Positions 1 through 11,667 of a stretch of 64,000 nt of DNA are shown here, piece after piece; position 1 is the first letter of the stretch; every line of letters begins with the position of its first letter. The stretch covers positions 58,962,001 to 59,026,000 of the forward strand of contig NC_043013.1 of assembly GCF_006345805.1 (NCBI RefSeq), in the 5' to 3' direction. The DNA is from Octopus sinensis (Eukaryota). The translations under genes were made by a program, and so were the position numbers. Under the pieces are notes generated by a model. It saw only the letters and a program-made list of their open reading frames with translations. It searched no databases and was not told where the DNA came from.

Positions 1-234
1 CGCTACCTTCATACAAGCTGACACACATGCCACGACAGCATCGGGTTTCGTCACTCCCCTTTCACGACCGACCCAAGTCATCTGTCACAACGCTATGGCA
101 GACACTTGATGGCATTCGGGCCTGGTTGGACGAAGTCTATCGAAACAGGGGCTGAACTAGTGTCAACGTAAATTGGTCAACATGAAAATGAGTGCCGCTA
201 ACAGCAGCTCCATAGTGCTTTGACCCCAAACATA

Positions 235-595
235 TCTGGGACTACTCCATCATCTGCGAAGTGAACAACCCGTCTATTTGCGTACAACTGAAAAAATTAA
301 AAGTGTGTAAAACAGAAAATAACCAGAAAAGTGTATATTCTCTTAACTACAAGGGAGGTAACTAAAAAATAACTTTTCGAATTACTTCCCTTGAATTATA
401 TTACAAAAGACATGACAGTTTAAGATGTAGGTGCGTTTGTTTTTCGCATGCGAAGGGCACACTTGCATTCGTGCAAGATCAGACAATCATACACGTGCAA
501 ATTTTCTGCTTTTTACTTTAACAAGTAAACGTTGACTCGCGTATAATTTACATTTAATTACACCCGAAAACTATGTAAGATACTCACTATGTAAG

Positions 596-655
<60 letters not shown>

Positions 656-964
656 CATATATACATATTTATATTACATACATACATACATACATATATA
701 CATATTTTATACAACTGAAAAAAATTAAAAGTGTGTAAAACAGAAAGTAACCAGAAAAGTGCATATTCTCTTAACTACATGGGAGATAACTAAAAAAATA
801 ACGTTTAGAATTACTTCCTTTGGACATGATCATGTGGGTATATGTATGAATGTATGTATTTATGTATATAAATATGTATATATGTATGCATGTATGTATG
901 GATATAAATGTGTATATATGTATGTATGTATGTATGTATATAAATATGTATATATGTATGTATG

Positions 965-1003
<39 letters not shown>

Positions 1004-1820
1004 TATATATATGTACATATATGTATGTAAGCATATATATATAGAGAGAGAGAGGATATATGCATGTGTGGGTATGTATATAGTAGTCTGGGACTACTCC
1101 ATCATCTGCGAAGTGAACAACCCGTCTATTTGCGTACAACTGAAAAAATTAAAAGTGAGTAAAACAGAAAATAACCAGAAAAGTGTATATTCTCTTAACT
1201 ACAAGGGAGATAACTAAAAAATAACTTTTCGAATTACTTCCCTTGAATTATATTACAAAAGACATGACAGTTTAAGATGTAGGTGCGTTTGTTTTTCGCA
1301 TGCGAAGGGCACACTTGCATTCGTGCAAGAACAGACAATCATACACGTGCAAATTTTCTGCAGTTTCCTTTAACAAGTAAATGTTGACTCGCTTATAATT
1401 TACATTTAATTACACCCGAAAACTATGTAAGATACTCACTATGTAAGATATATATATATATATGCATACATACATACATATATACATATTTATATAGATA
1501 CATACATACATATATACATATTTATATACAACTGAAAAAATTAAAAGTGTGTAAAACAGAAAATAACCAGAAAAGTGAATATTCTCTTAACTACAAGGGA
1601 GATAACTAAAAAAATAACTTTTAGAATTACTTCCCTTTGGACATGATCATGTGGGTATATGTATGAATGTATGAATGTATATGTATGAATGTATGTATTT
1701 ACGTATATAAATATGTATATATGTATGTATGTATGTATGTATATATGTATATATGTATGTATGTATGTATATAAATATGTATATATGTATGTATGTATAT
1801 ATATATATATATATATATGT

Positions 1821-1863
<43 letters not shown>

Positions 1864-2100
1864 ATATATGTATGTAAGCATATATATATAGAGAGAGAGA
1901 GGATATATGCGTGTGTGGGTATGTATATAGTAGTCTGGGACTACTCCATCATCTGCGAAGTGAACAACCCGTCTATTTGCGTACAACTGAAAAAATTAAA
2001 AGTGTGTAAAACAGATAATAACCAGAAAAGTGTATATTCTCTTAACTACAAGGGAGATAACTAAAAAAATAACTTTTAGAATTACTTCCCTTGAATTATA
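235..2100. repeat. ~850-bp tandem unit (about 2.2 copies) with internal ~100-bp sub-repeat and (AT)n/(ATGT)n tracts
   Basis: actactccatcatctgcgaag recurs at 241, 1093 and 1940 (periods 852, 847). Sub-repeat tacaactgaaaaaattaaaagtg...aattacttcc occurs at ~283, 711, 1135, 1527, 1982. Confidence 0.9.
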
Positions 2101-2122
2101 TTACATACATATATGTACATAG

Positions 2123-2156
<34 letters not shown>

Positions 2157-2191
2157 AGCAAGTTCTATATATAAATTTATATATATACATA

Positions 2192-2260
<69 letters not shown>

Positions 2261-2365
2261 ATATATATATATATGTATATATATGTATATATGTATATAT
2301 ATATATGTATATATATATATATGTATATATGTATATATATATGTATATATGTATATATATATGTA

Positions 2366-2416
<51 letters not shown>

Positions 2417-2560
2417 GTATATATGTATATATATATGTATATATGTATATATATATGTATATATGTATATATATATGTATATATGTACATATATATATAT
2501 GTATATATATGTATATATATATGTATATATATGTATATATATGTATATATATATGTATAT
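2101..2560. repeat. (AT)n/(ATATATGT)n microsatellite
   Basis: Direct reading. Confidence 0.97.
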
Positions 2561-2639
2561 TACTACTACTACTTCGACTACTACTAATACTACTACTATT
2601 TGTATTACTACTACAAATAAGTACTATTTGTACTACTAC

Positions 2640-2994
2640 TTGCAAATAAGCATGAAAAAGTCAACAAAATTGCAAATGAGAAATTGTTGCTTCTTAGTGG
2701 ACATTTAACACATTTGTGACATCACTTTTCTGACACACTTAATGTTGGTTTTGTAACTATGTAATAGCTGGCCGATAATAAGATTGTACGTAATAAAATA
2801 TTTTGTCATTCATAGAAATCTAAGTGTATCAAAATAATGCAAATATGTAAGGATGATAATAATATTAATAATAATTATAATGATAATAACAAAGTGTTTG
2901 TCAGAAAAATGACATCTAACAAATGTGTAACGAGTACACTGAAAAAACAAATTTAAATTTGCAATTTTGTTCACATTTACTTGCTTATTTGCAA
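2640..2994. mobile_element. Diverged foldback/MITE-like element
   Basis: Perfect 13-bp ends TTGCAAATAAGCA/TGCTTATTTGCAA extending as ~100-bp imperfect arms (2640-2740 vs 2891-2994); TAC on both flanks. Confidence 0.6.
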
Positions 2995-3059
2995 TACTTA
3001 GGATTTTGTTTTCTGAAAACTTTTCTAATTTCACTGAACTTTTAAATCAATGCAAGTTT

Positions 3060-3940
3060 ATTTTCAAACCTAACCCAAACACTAACCCTAACAAAAACCC
3101 TGAAATTTACCCCAACTGTATCCCGAACTCCAAAAACCTAACCTTAACCCTAACCCTAACGCTAAACGTAACCCTAACCATTTTCTACTAGTACTACTAC
3201 TACTATTTGTACTACTACTACTTCTACTAATGCTACACAAAACACACAAAACAAACGAGAAAACACGCCTCACAGACAAAAAACACGCACAAAACATGCA
3301 CAAAACACCCGCGAAAGGCTCAGTTAAACAGACGCAAAAAGCAAACATCAAAGCACTCAAAACAAACAAAAAACACACGCAAAACACACAAAACAAAGGC
3401 AAAACACAGACAAAACAAATACAATACATACAAAACACACTTAAAAATCCCACACAAAATATAAGCACAAAAAACACAGGAAAAAACACCATAAGGCAAA
3501 AAATAACACACAAAAAACACACTAAAAACAAGCATTACCTAAAAAACACAAAAAGCACAAAAAACAAGCAAAAGACTTTTCAAATGCACTCAAAAGATGC
3601 ATAAAAAAGACAAAACAACACTTAACACAAGACACTCTCAAAAAACACACTCAAAAGACACATAAAAATACACAAAAACTACACACAAAACAAACACAAA
3701 AGACTCTCAAAAGACACACAAAACACTTTCGAAAATTTTACCCAAAAATCTTTCGAAAATTTTCACCAAATATTTTCACCAAAATCCTTTCGAAAATTTT
3801 CATGGAAAACTTTCCCCAAAAATTTTTCAAAAATTTTCACCGAAAATATTCCCCAAAAATTTTCCCAAAAATTTCACAAAATTTTCCTCCAAAATTTTAT
3901 AAAATTTTCACCGAGAATTTTCTTCAAAAATTTTTCGCCA
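3060..3940. repeat. Low-complexity series: degenerate (TAACCC)n, (TAC)n, A/C-rich (ACAAAA)n, (AAAATTTTC)n
   Basis: Direct reading; explains the spurious K/T/N/Q-rich ORF 3230-3604. Confidence 0.85.
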
Positions 3941-3943
3941 TAT

Positions 3944-6900
3944 AATTACCTGCCACTGAATTACCTGCCGCTGAATTACATGCCCCTGAATTACCTGCTC
4001 TTGAATTTCCTGCCCCGTAATAACATGCCCCTGAATTACATGACCTTGAATTACCTGCCCCTGAAATACATTCCCCTGATTTACCTGCACCTGAATTACC
4101 TGCTTCTGAACTACCTTCCCCTGCATGTAATTCAGGGGCAGGTAATTCAGTTGTAATTCAACGAAATCGTGGTTGTCAAACGGCGAAGATCCACCACCAC
4201 TTGGTTTAAAACCTTTATTTCTAACAAAACATATGAAACTCAAAGCAAACAACACCTATTCATTTATAAACGTGTTTAAAATTAAGGGGCAGGTAATTCA
4301 GGAGCATGTAATTCAGGGGCAGGTAATTCAGAGGCAGGTACTTCAGGGCATGTAATTAAGGGGCAGGTAATTCAGGGGAATTTAATTCATGGGCAGGTAA
4401 TTCAGGGGCATGTAATTCAAGGGCACGTTTATAAAAGAATAGGTTGGTATTGGAATTACATGCACCTGAATTACCAGCCCCTGAATTACCTGCCCCTGGA
4501 TTATCTGCCCCTGAATTACCTGCTCCTCAATTACCTGCCCCTCAATTACCTGCCTCAGAATTACATGGCCTGAATTACCTGCCCCTTAATTCAACTAAAT
4601 CGTCGTTGTCAAACGGCGAAGATGCACCACCACTTGGTTTAAAACCTTTATTTCTAACAAAACATATGAAACTCAAAGCAACCAACACCCCCCTATTCTT
4701 TTATAAACGTGTTTAAAACTAAGGGGCAGGTAATTCAGGAACATGTAATTCAGGGGCAGGTAATTCAGAGGGATCTAATTTAGGGGCAGGTAATTGAGGG
4801 GCAGGTAATTCAGGGCATGTAATTCAGAAACATGTAATTCAGGAGCAGGTAATTCAGGGTCATGTAATTCAGGGGTATGTTATTCAGGGGCAGGAAATTC
4901 AAGGGCAGGTAATTCAGGGGCATCTTCTTCAGGGGCAGGTAATTCAACTAAATCGTCGTTGTAAAACGGCGAAGATCCACCACCACTTGGTTTAAAAGCT
5001 TTATTTCTAACAAAACATATGAAACTCAAAGCAACCAACACCCCCCTATTCTTTTATACACGTGTTTTAAACTAAGGAGCAGGTAATTCAGAAGCAGGTA
5101 ATTCAGAGGCAGGTAATTCAGAGGCATGTTATTCAGGGGCATGTAATTCAGGGGCAGGTAATTTAGGGGCATGTAATTCAGGGGCATGTAATTCAGGGGC
5201 AGGTAATTCAGGGGCAGGTAGTTCAGGGACAGGTAGTTCAGGGGCATGTAATTCAGGGGCAGGTAATTCAGGTGAATGTAATTCTAAGGCAGGTATTTCA
5301 GGGTCAGGAAATTCAGGGTCAGGTAATTCGGGGACCTGTAATTCAGGGGCAGGTAATTCACGGGCAGGTAATTCAGTTGCTTGTATTTCAGGGACAGGTA
5401 ATTCAGTATATTGAACAACAAAATCGTCAGTGTCAAACGGCGAAGATCCACCACCACTTGGTTTAAAACCTTTATTTCTAACAAAACATGAAACTCTAAG
5501 CAACCAATACCACCCTATTCTTTTATAAACGTGTTTAAAATTAAGGGGCAGGTAATTCAGGGGCATGTTATCCAGGGGCAGGTAATTCAGGGGCAGGAAA
5601 TTCAGTGGCATGGAATTTAGAGGCATGTAATTCAGAGGCAGGTAATTCAGGGGTAGGTAAATTCAGGGGCAGGTAATTCAGGGTCATGTCATTCAGGGGC
5701 AGGTAATTCAAGGGCATGTAATTCCGGGTAATGTATTCAGAGGCATTTAATTCAGGCGCATGTAATTCAGGGGCAGGTAATCCAGGGGCAGATAATTCAT
5801 GGGCAGGTAATTCATATGTATGTTGTTCAGGGGCAGGTAATTCAGAGGAATGTAATTCAGGGGCGTGTAATTCAGGGGCAGGTAATTCAGGGGCAGATAA
5901 TTCAGGGGCGTGTCACTCAGATGCAGGTAATTCAGGGCATGTAATTCAGGGATAGGTAATCCAGTGGCCGGTAATTCAGGGGCATGTAATTCAGGGGTAA
6001 GTAATTCAGGAGCATGTAACTCAGGTGCATGTAATACGGGACAGGTAATTCAGGGGAATGTAATTCAGGGGCAGGTAATTGAGTGGTAATTCAACTAAAT
6101 CGTCGTTGTGAAACGGCGAAGATCCGCCACCACTTGGTTTAAAACCTTTATTTCTAACAAAACATATGAAACTCTAAGCAACCAACACCCCCTACTCTTT
6201 TATAAACGTGTTCAAAATTAAGGGGCAGGTAATTCAGGAGCATGTAATTCAGGGGCAGGAAATTCAAGGGCAGGTAATTCAGGGGCAGGTAAATTCAGGG
6301 AAATGTAATTCAGGGGCAGGTAATTCAGGGTCATGTAATTCAGGGAAAGGTAATTTAGGGTCATGTAATTCAGGGTCGTGTCATTCAGGGGCAGGTAATT
6401 CAGGGGTATGTAATTTAGGGGCATGTAATTCAGGGTCATGTAATTCAAGGATAGGTAATTCTGGGGCAGGTAATTTAGGGGAATGTAATTCAGAGGCAGG
6501 TAATTCAGGTAGAGGTAATTCAGGGGGCATGTAATTCAGGGGCAAGTAATTAAGGGGCAGGTAATTTAGGGCTATGTAATTCAGGGGCATGTAATTGAGG
6601 GGCAGGTAATTTAGGCGATGTAGTTCAGGGGCATGTAATTCAGGGGCAGGTAATTCAGGGGCATGGAATTCAGAGGCATGTAATTGAGGGCCATGTAATT
6701 GAGGGACAGTTAATTCAGGGGCAGGTAATTCAGGGGCAGGTAATTCAAGGACAGGTAATTCAGGGGCATGTAATTCAAGGAGAGGTAATTCAGGGGCAGG
6801 TAATTCAGTGGCATCTAATTCAGGGGCAGGTAATTCAGGGGCAGATAATCCAGGGGTAGGTTGGGGTTATGTAATTCAGAGGCAGGTAATTCAGGGCATG

Positions 6901-9733
6901 TAATTCAGGGGCAGGTAATTCAGTGGCATCTAATTCAGGGGCAGATAATCCAGGGTAGGTAATTTAGGGGCAGGAAATTTAGAGGCAGGTAATTCAGGGC
7001 ATGTAATTCAGAGGCAGGTAATTCAGTGGCATCTAATTCACGGGAAGGTATTTCAGGGGCAGATAATCCAGGGGTAGGTAATTCAAGGAGAGGTAATTCA
7101 GGGGCAGGTAATTCAGTGGCATCTAATTCAGGGGCAGGTAATTCAGGGGCAGATAATCCAGGGGTAGGTTGGGGTTATGTAATTCAGAGGCAGGTAATTC
7201 AGGGCATGTAATTCAGGGGCAGGTAATTCAGGGGCAGGTAATTCAGGGGCAGATAATCCAGGGGTAGGTAATTCAGGGGCAGGTAATTCAGGGGCAGGTA
7301 ATTCAGAGGCAGGTAATTCAGGGCATGTAATTGAGGGGCAGGTAATTCCGGGGCAGGTAATTCAGGGGCATGTAATTCAAGGGCAGGTTATTCAGGGACA
7401 TGTAATTCAAGGAGAGGTAATTCAGGGGCAGGTAATTCAGGGGCAGATAATCCAGCGGTAGGTAATTCAGAGGCAGGTAATTCAGGGCATGTAATTCAGT
7501 TGTAATTCAACGAAATCGTCGACGAAGATCCACCACCACTTGGTTTAAAACCTTTATTTCTAACAAAACATATGAAACTCAAAGCAACCAAAACCTATTC
7601 ATTTATAACCGTGTTTAAAATTAAGGGGCAGGTAATTCAGAGGCAGGTAATTCAGGGGAATGTCATTAAGGGGCAGGTAATTCAACTAAATCGTCGTTGT
7701 TAAACGGCGAAGATTCACCACCACTTGGTTTAAAACCTTTATTTCTAACAAAACATGCCCCTTAATTTTAAACACGTTTATAAAAGAATAGGGTGGTATT
7801 GATTGCTTAGTGTTTCATGTTTTGTTAGAAATAAAGGTTTTAAACCAAGTGGTGGTGGATCTTCGCCTTTCGACAACGACGATTTTGTTGTTCAATCCAC
7901 AGAATTACCTGCCCTTGAAATACAAGCCACTGAATAACCTGCCCCTAGAATTACCTGCCGCTGAATTACATGCCCCTGAATTACATGCCTCTAAATTACC
8001 TGCCCCGGAATTACCTGCCCCTTAGTTTTAAACACGTATATTAAAGAATAGGTTGGTTGCTTTGAGTTTCATATGTTTTGTTAGAAATAAAGCTTTTAAA
8101 GTGGTGGTGCATCTTCGCCGTTTGACAACGACGATTTAGTTGAATTAAGGGGCAGGTAATTCAGGAGCATGTAATTCATGGGCAGGTAATTCAGGCCATG
8201 TAATTCGGGGGCATGTAATTCTGGAGCAGATAATTCAGTGGCATGTAATTCTAGGGCAGGTAATTCAGGGACAGGTAATTAAGGGACATGTAATTCAGGG
8301 ACAGGTAATTCAGGGGCATGTAAATCAGGGGCAGGCAATTCAGGGACAGGTAATTCAGGGTAATGTAAATCAGGGGCAGGTAATTCAGGGGCATGTTATG
8401 CAGGGGCAGGTAATTCAAAGGAATGTAATTCAGGGGCAGGTAATTCAGGGGCTTGTAATTCAGGGGCAGGTGATTCAGGGGCATCCACTTCAGTGTCATG
8501 TAATTCAGGGGCAGGTAATTCAGGGGTATGTAATTCAGGGGCAGATAATTCAGGGGCAGATAATCCAGGGGCAGATAATTCAGGGGAAGATAATCCAAGG
8601 GTAGGTAATTCAGGTGCAGGTAATTCAGAGGCAGGTAATTCCGGGCATGTAATTCAGGGGCAGGTAAGTCAGGGGCATGTAATTCAAGGGCAGGTAATTC
8701 TGGGGCATGTAATTCAAGGAGAGGTAATTCAGGGGCAGGTAATTCAGGGGCAGATAATCCAGGGGTAGGTAATTCAGAGGCAGGTAATTCAGGGCATGTA
8801 ATTCAACGAAATTCAGAGGCAGGTAATTCAGGGCATGTAATTTAGGGGCAGGTAATTCAGGGGCATGTAATTCAAGGAGAGGTAATTCAGGGGCGGGTAA
8901 TTCAGGAGCTGATAATCCAGGGGTAGGTAATTCAGGGGCAGGTAATCCAGGGGTAGGTAATTCAGGGGTAGGTAATTCAGGGGCAGGTAATTCAGAGGCA
9001 GGTAATTCAGGGCATGTAATTCAGGGGCAGGTAATTCAGGGGCAGATAATCCAGGGGTAGGCAATTCAGGGATAGGTAATTCAGGGGCAGGTAATTCAGA
9101 GGCAGGTAATTCAGGGGCAGATAATCCAAGGGTAGGTAATTCAGGGGTAGGTAATTCAGTGGCATCTAATTCAGGGGCAGGTAATTCAGGGGCAGATAAT
9201 CCAAGGGTAGGTAATTCAGGGGCAGGTAATTCAGGCAGATAATCCAGATATAGGTAATTCAGGGGCACGTAATTCAGAGGCAGGTGATTCAGGGGCATGT
9301 AATTCAGGGGCAGGTAATTCAGTGGCATCTAATTCAGGGGCAGGTAATTCAGGGGCAGGTAATTAATGGGTAGGTAATTCAGGGGCAGTTAATTCAGAGG
9401 CAGGTAATTCAGGGCATGTAATTCAGGGGCAGGTAATTCAGTGGCATCTAATTCAGGGGCAGGTAATTCAGGGGCAGATAATCTAGGGGTAGGTAATTCA
9501 GGGGCAGGTAATTCAGAGGCAGGTAATTCAGAGAGATAATCCAGCTGTAGGTAATTCAGGGGCAGGTAATTCAGAGGCAGGTAATTCAGGGCATGTAATT
9601 CAGTGGCATCTAATTCAGGGGCAGGTAATTCAGGGGCAGATAATCCAGGGGTAGGTAATTCAGGGGCAGGTAATTCAGAGGCAGGTAATTCAGGGCATGT
9701 AATTCAGGGGCAGGTAATTCAGTGGCATCTAAA
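3944..9733. repeat. 15-bp satellite (AGGGGCAGGTAATTC)n interleaved with ~130-bp modules; several orientation switches
   Basis: Hundreds of 14-15-bp monomers. Modules at ~4158, 4590, 4945, 5412, 6091, 7507, 7683 (+) and ~7757, 8023 (inverted). Confidence 0.97.
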
Positions 9734-9734
9734 T

Positions 9735-10115
9735 CATCTAATTGACTAATGCTCTCAGTTATGGTCACCATCCAGTGTCAAGTTGATCACAGAGCTCGAT
9801 GCGATCCAACGTAGCTACACGAAGAAGATAGCCTCTATGCAGAATGTAAGCTACTGGGAAAGACTCAAGAGATTAAAACTATATTCCCTGGAGCGTAGGC
9901 GGGAAAGATATGCCATAATATACATCTGGAAGATCCTGGAGGGACGTGTCCTGAATTATGGCATCGAGAGTTACGCAAATGCCAGAACTGGGCGCCACAG
10001 CGTGGTGCCTACAACTCCAAACTTGTCATCAAGATGTAGGACAAGATTCTGTGATAGCCTGGGCTTCCTAGGCCCACAGCTCTTCAATATCCTCCCGAAG
10101 AACCTGAGAGACCTT
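9735..10115 (+). mobile_element. CR1/L2-type LINE ORF2 C-terminal fragment
   Basis: Translates CSQLWSPSSVKLITELDAIQRSYTK...SYWERLKRLKLYSLERRRERY...GPQLFNILPKNLRDL; no 3' tail. Confidence 0.9.
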
Positions 10116-10800
10116 CTTTGGCCGCTTCGATTTTGTTCCCTTCGGTTTGGACGTCTCCAGGGAAGAAATCAAGGGTGACTCTGTGTCAACAGGAGACCGT
10201 TTATCGTGGTCAGGTTTCATAGCTAAATCCGCCCCACTGGAGTTTTGACGACGTTTCTTCTTTTGGGGAGAACAACGGTCTTCAGGTGGGTTTGAGTCTA
10301 CGCTCCTCAAATTAGGTTGGGGAACCTCCGGGACCGAAAAGGCAGATGAGGAAGAATCCGCACGGGAACGATCATGTGCAGAAACGACCGCCGGTTCCTT
10401 CGCCTTCTTTGGCCGCTTCGATTTTGTTCCCTTCGGTTTGGACGTCTCCAGGGAAGAAATCAAGGGTGAGTCTGCGTCAACAGGAGACTGTTTATTCAGT
10501 AAGAGAGCAACAACAGACTTTAGGTGCTCAACCTCTTGTTTGAGCAACAGCAGCTGCTCGTTGAGCTGACTACTCAGTTTCGATGCGTAGGTGGCTGACA
10601 TGATGGATGGTTGACTAAAAACAATCTTCTATGGGCTCTAGAACAAATCGGGGTTAAATCAGGAACTAAAAACAGATGCAATCCTTGTAGGAGTAGACAA
10701 CAGCAGACAAAATCTGAGAGAGTTTGGGCTGAGCCGAATCACAATCCAAGATTGAAAGCAGACGGTGCAACGAGTCGGGAACCCTTCCTAATTGTCTGAA
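10112..10800 (-). mobile_element. Probable LINE 5' end (5'UTR plus ORF1-like coiled-coil N-terminus) with an in-frame 93-bp duplication
   Basis: ORF 10068-10601 begins MSATYASKLSSQLNEQLLLLKQEVEHLKSVV (heptad-like); SPLISSLETSKPKGTKSKRPKK occurs twice, 291 bp apart. Confidence 0.55.
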
Positions 10801-11667
10801 GCAGCTTTAGGATAAGGGATAGTATGTCCAAACTTTAGAATATTGATATGCATGTAACATGTTCCACACGATTAAATATCATTTGACGTGCCATTTAGTA
10901 CTTCAATAATTGCATCTGCGCATGTTTGTATATGTGTGAATACTGTGTTTATGTGCGAGAAGGCACATGTTTTTGTCTACTGTTAAATTAGATTATTAAT
11001 TTTTCTTTTTTTTCTCACGTTTTTCCCTTTTAAAGTATTTCTTTTTAAAGTAAATTATACGTTGGAGGGAGGGCTGGGGGTTTGTTTTTATAGTAAATTC
11101 TCTTTTCTCCCAGCACAGAGAAAGAAAGGGATTTTTCGTTGGTGCCACCGGTATAATTCAGACACGGAGAAAGACATTTCGGTATCATCGTCAACTTGAA
11201 TGTTTCTAATTGTAGCGATAGTAGTAACTGCAGTAAATTCTGATAGCAGCAGTAGTAATAGCTCATAAAGTGAGATGAAGAACGGTCGGTCAAATAGAGT
11301 TCAAATTGACCGCAACAGTGTTGATGGAACTTGTGAAACAGTGACCTTGACTTTGAGAAAAATCAAAGGAGGGGCCGACTATAAACAGTACTTGTGAATA
11401 GAGTCATGTACGAGCAGAGCGAAACTATAAATAGTATTTTTTCTTTTCTTTTTCTTTTATTTCCTTCTTATTCTCCACGTGCTTAATAATGCGATTGCAA
11501 TAAAAGGTATGTCAAGGAGAAGATAAAGGTTAGCTGGTGTTTACGTCCATACTTTTAGCGTGCATTTAATTGTGGTGTCATACTTTTAGCGTGCATTTAA
11601 TTGTGTTGTTACAATAAAGGCATTTTACATAATCTGATACTCAAGGAAGAGGTGACGGCAAAATGTT

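Noticed and set aside
1-230. Short GC-richer stretch with an open frame ending ...LDGIRAWLDEVYRNRG*
   Set aside because: Cut by the window edge with no recognisable motif; possibly a retroelement end but unsupported.
759-2708. Many ORFs rich in YI/MYVC/HTHT (also 24118-25922, 37907-40916, 47741-49670)
   Set aside because: Translations of (AT)n, (GTAT)n and (GT)n microsatellites, open in several frames on both strands; no protein signal.
3060-3180. Telomere (CCCTAA)n; also 61190-61210
   Set aside because: Only a few degenerate units; the second occurrence is internal to a MITE. Not called as a telomere.
3230-3604. 124-aa K/T/N/Q-rich ORF
   Set aside because: A/C-biased low-complexity DNA.
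4158-8145. Constant unit with variable intervening sequence resembling a CRISPR array
   Set aside because: The unit is ~130 bp, the intervals are tandem 15-mers rather than unique spacers, there are no cas genes, and the context is eukaryotic.
11045-11293. 82-aa ORF and overlapping frames in the AT-rich island; 31-bp tandem duplication at ~11548-11606
   Set aside because: No recognisable domain or splice-supported exon.
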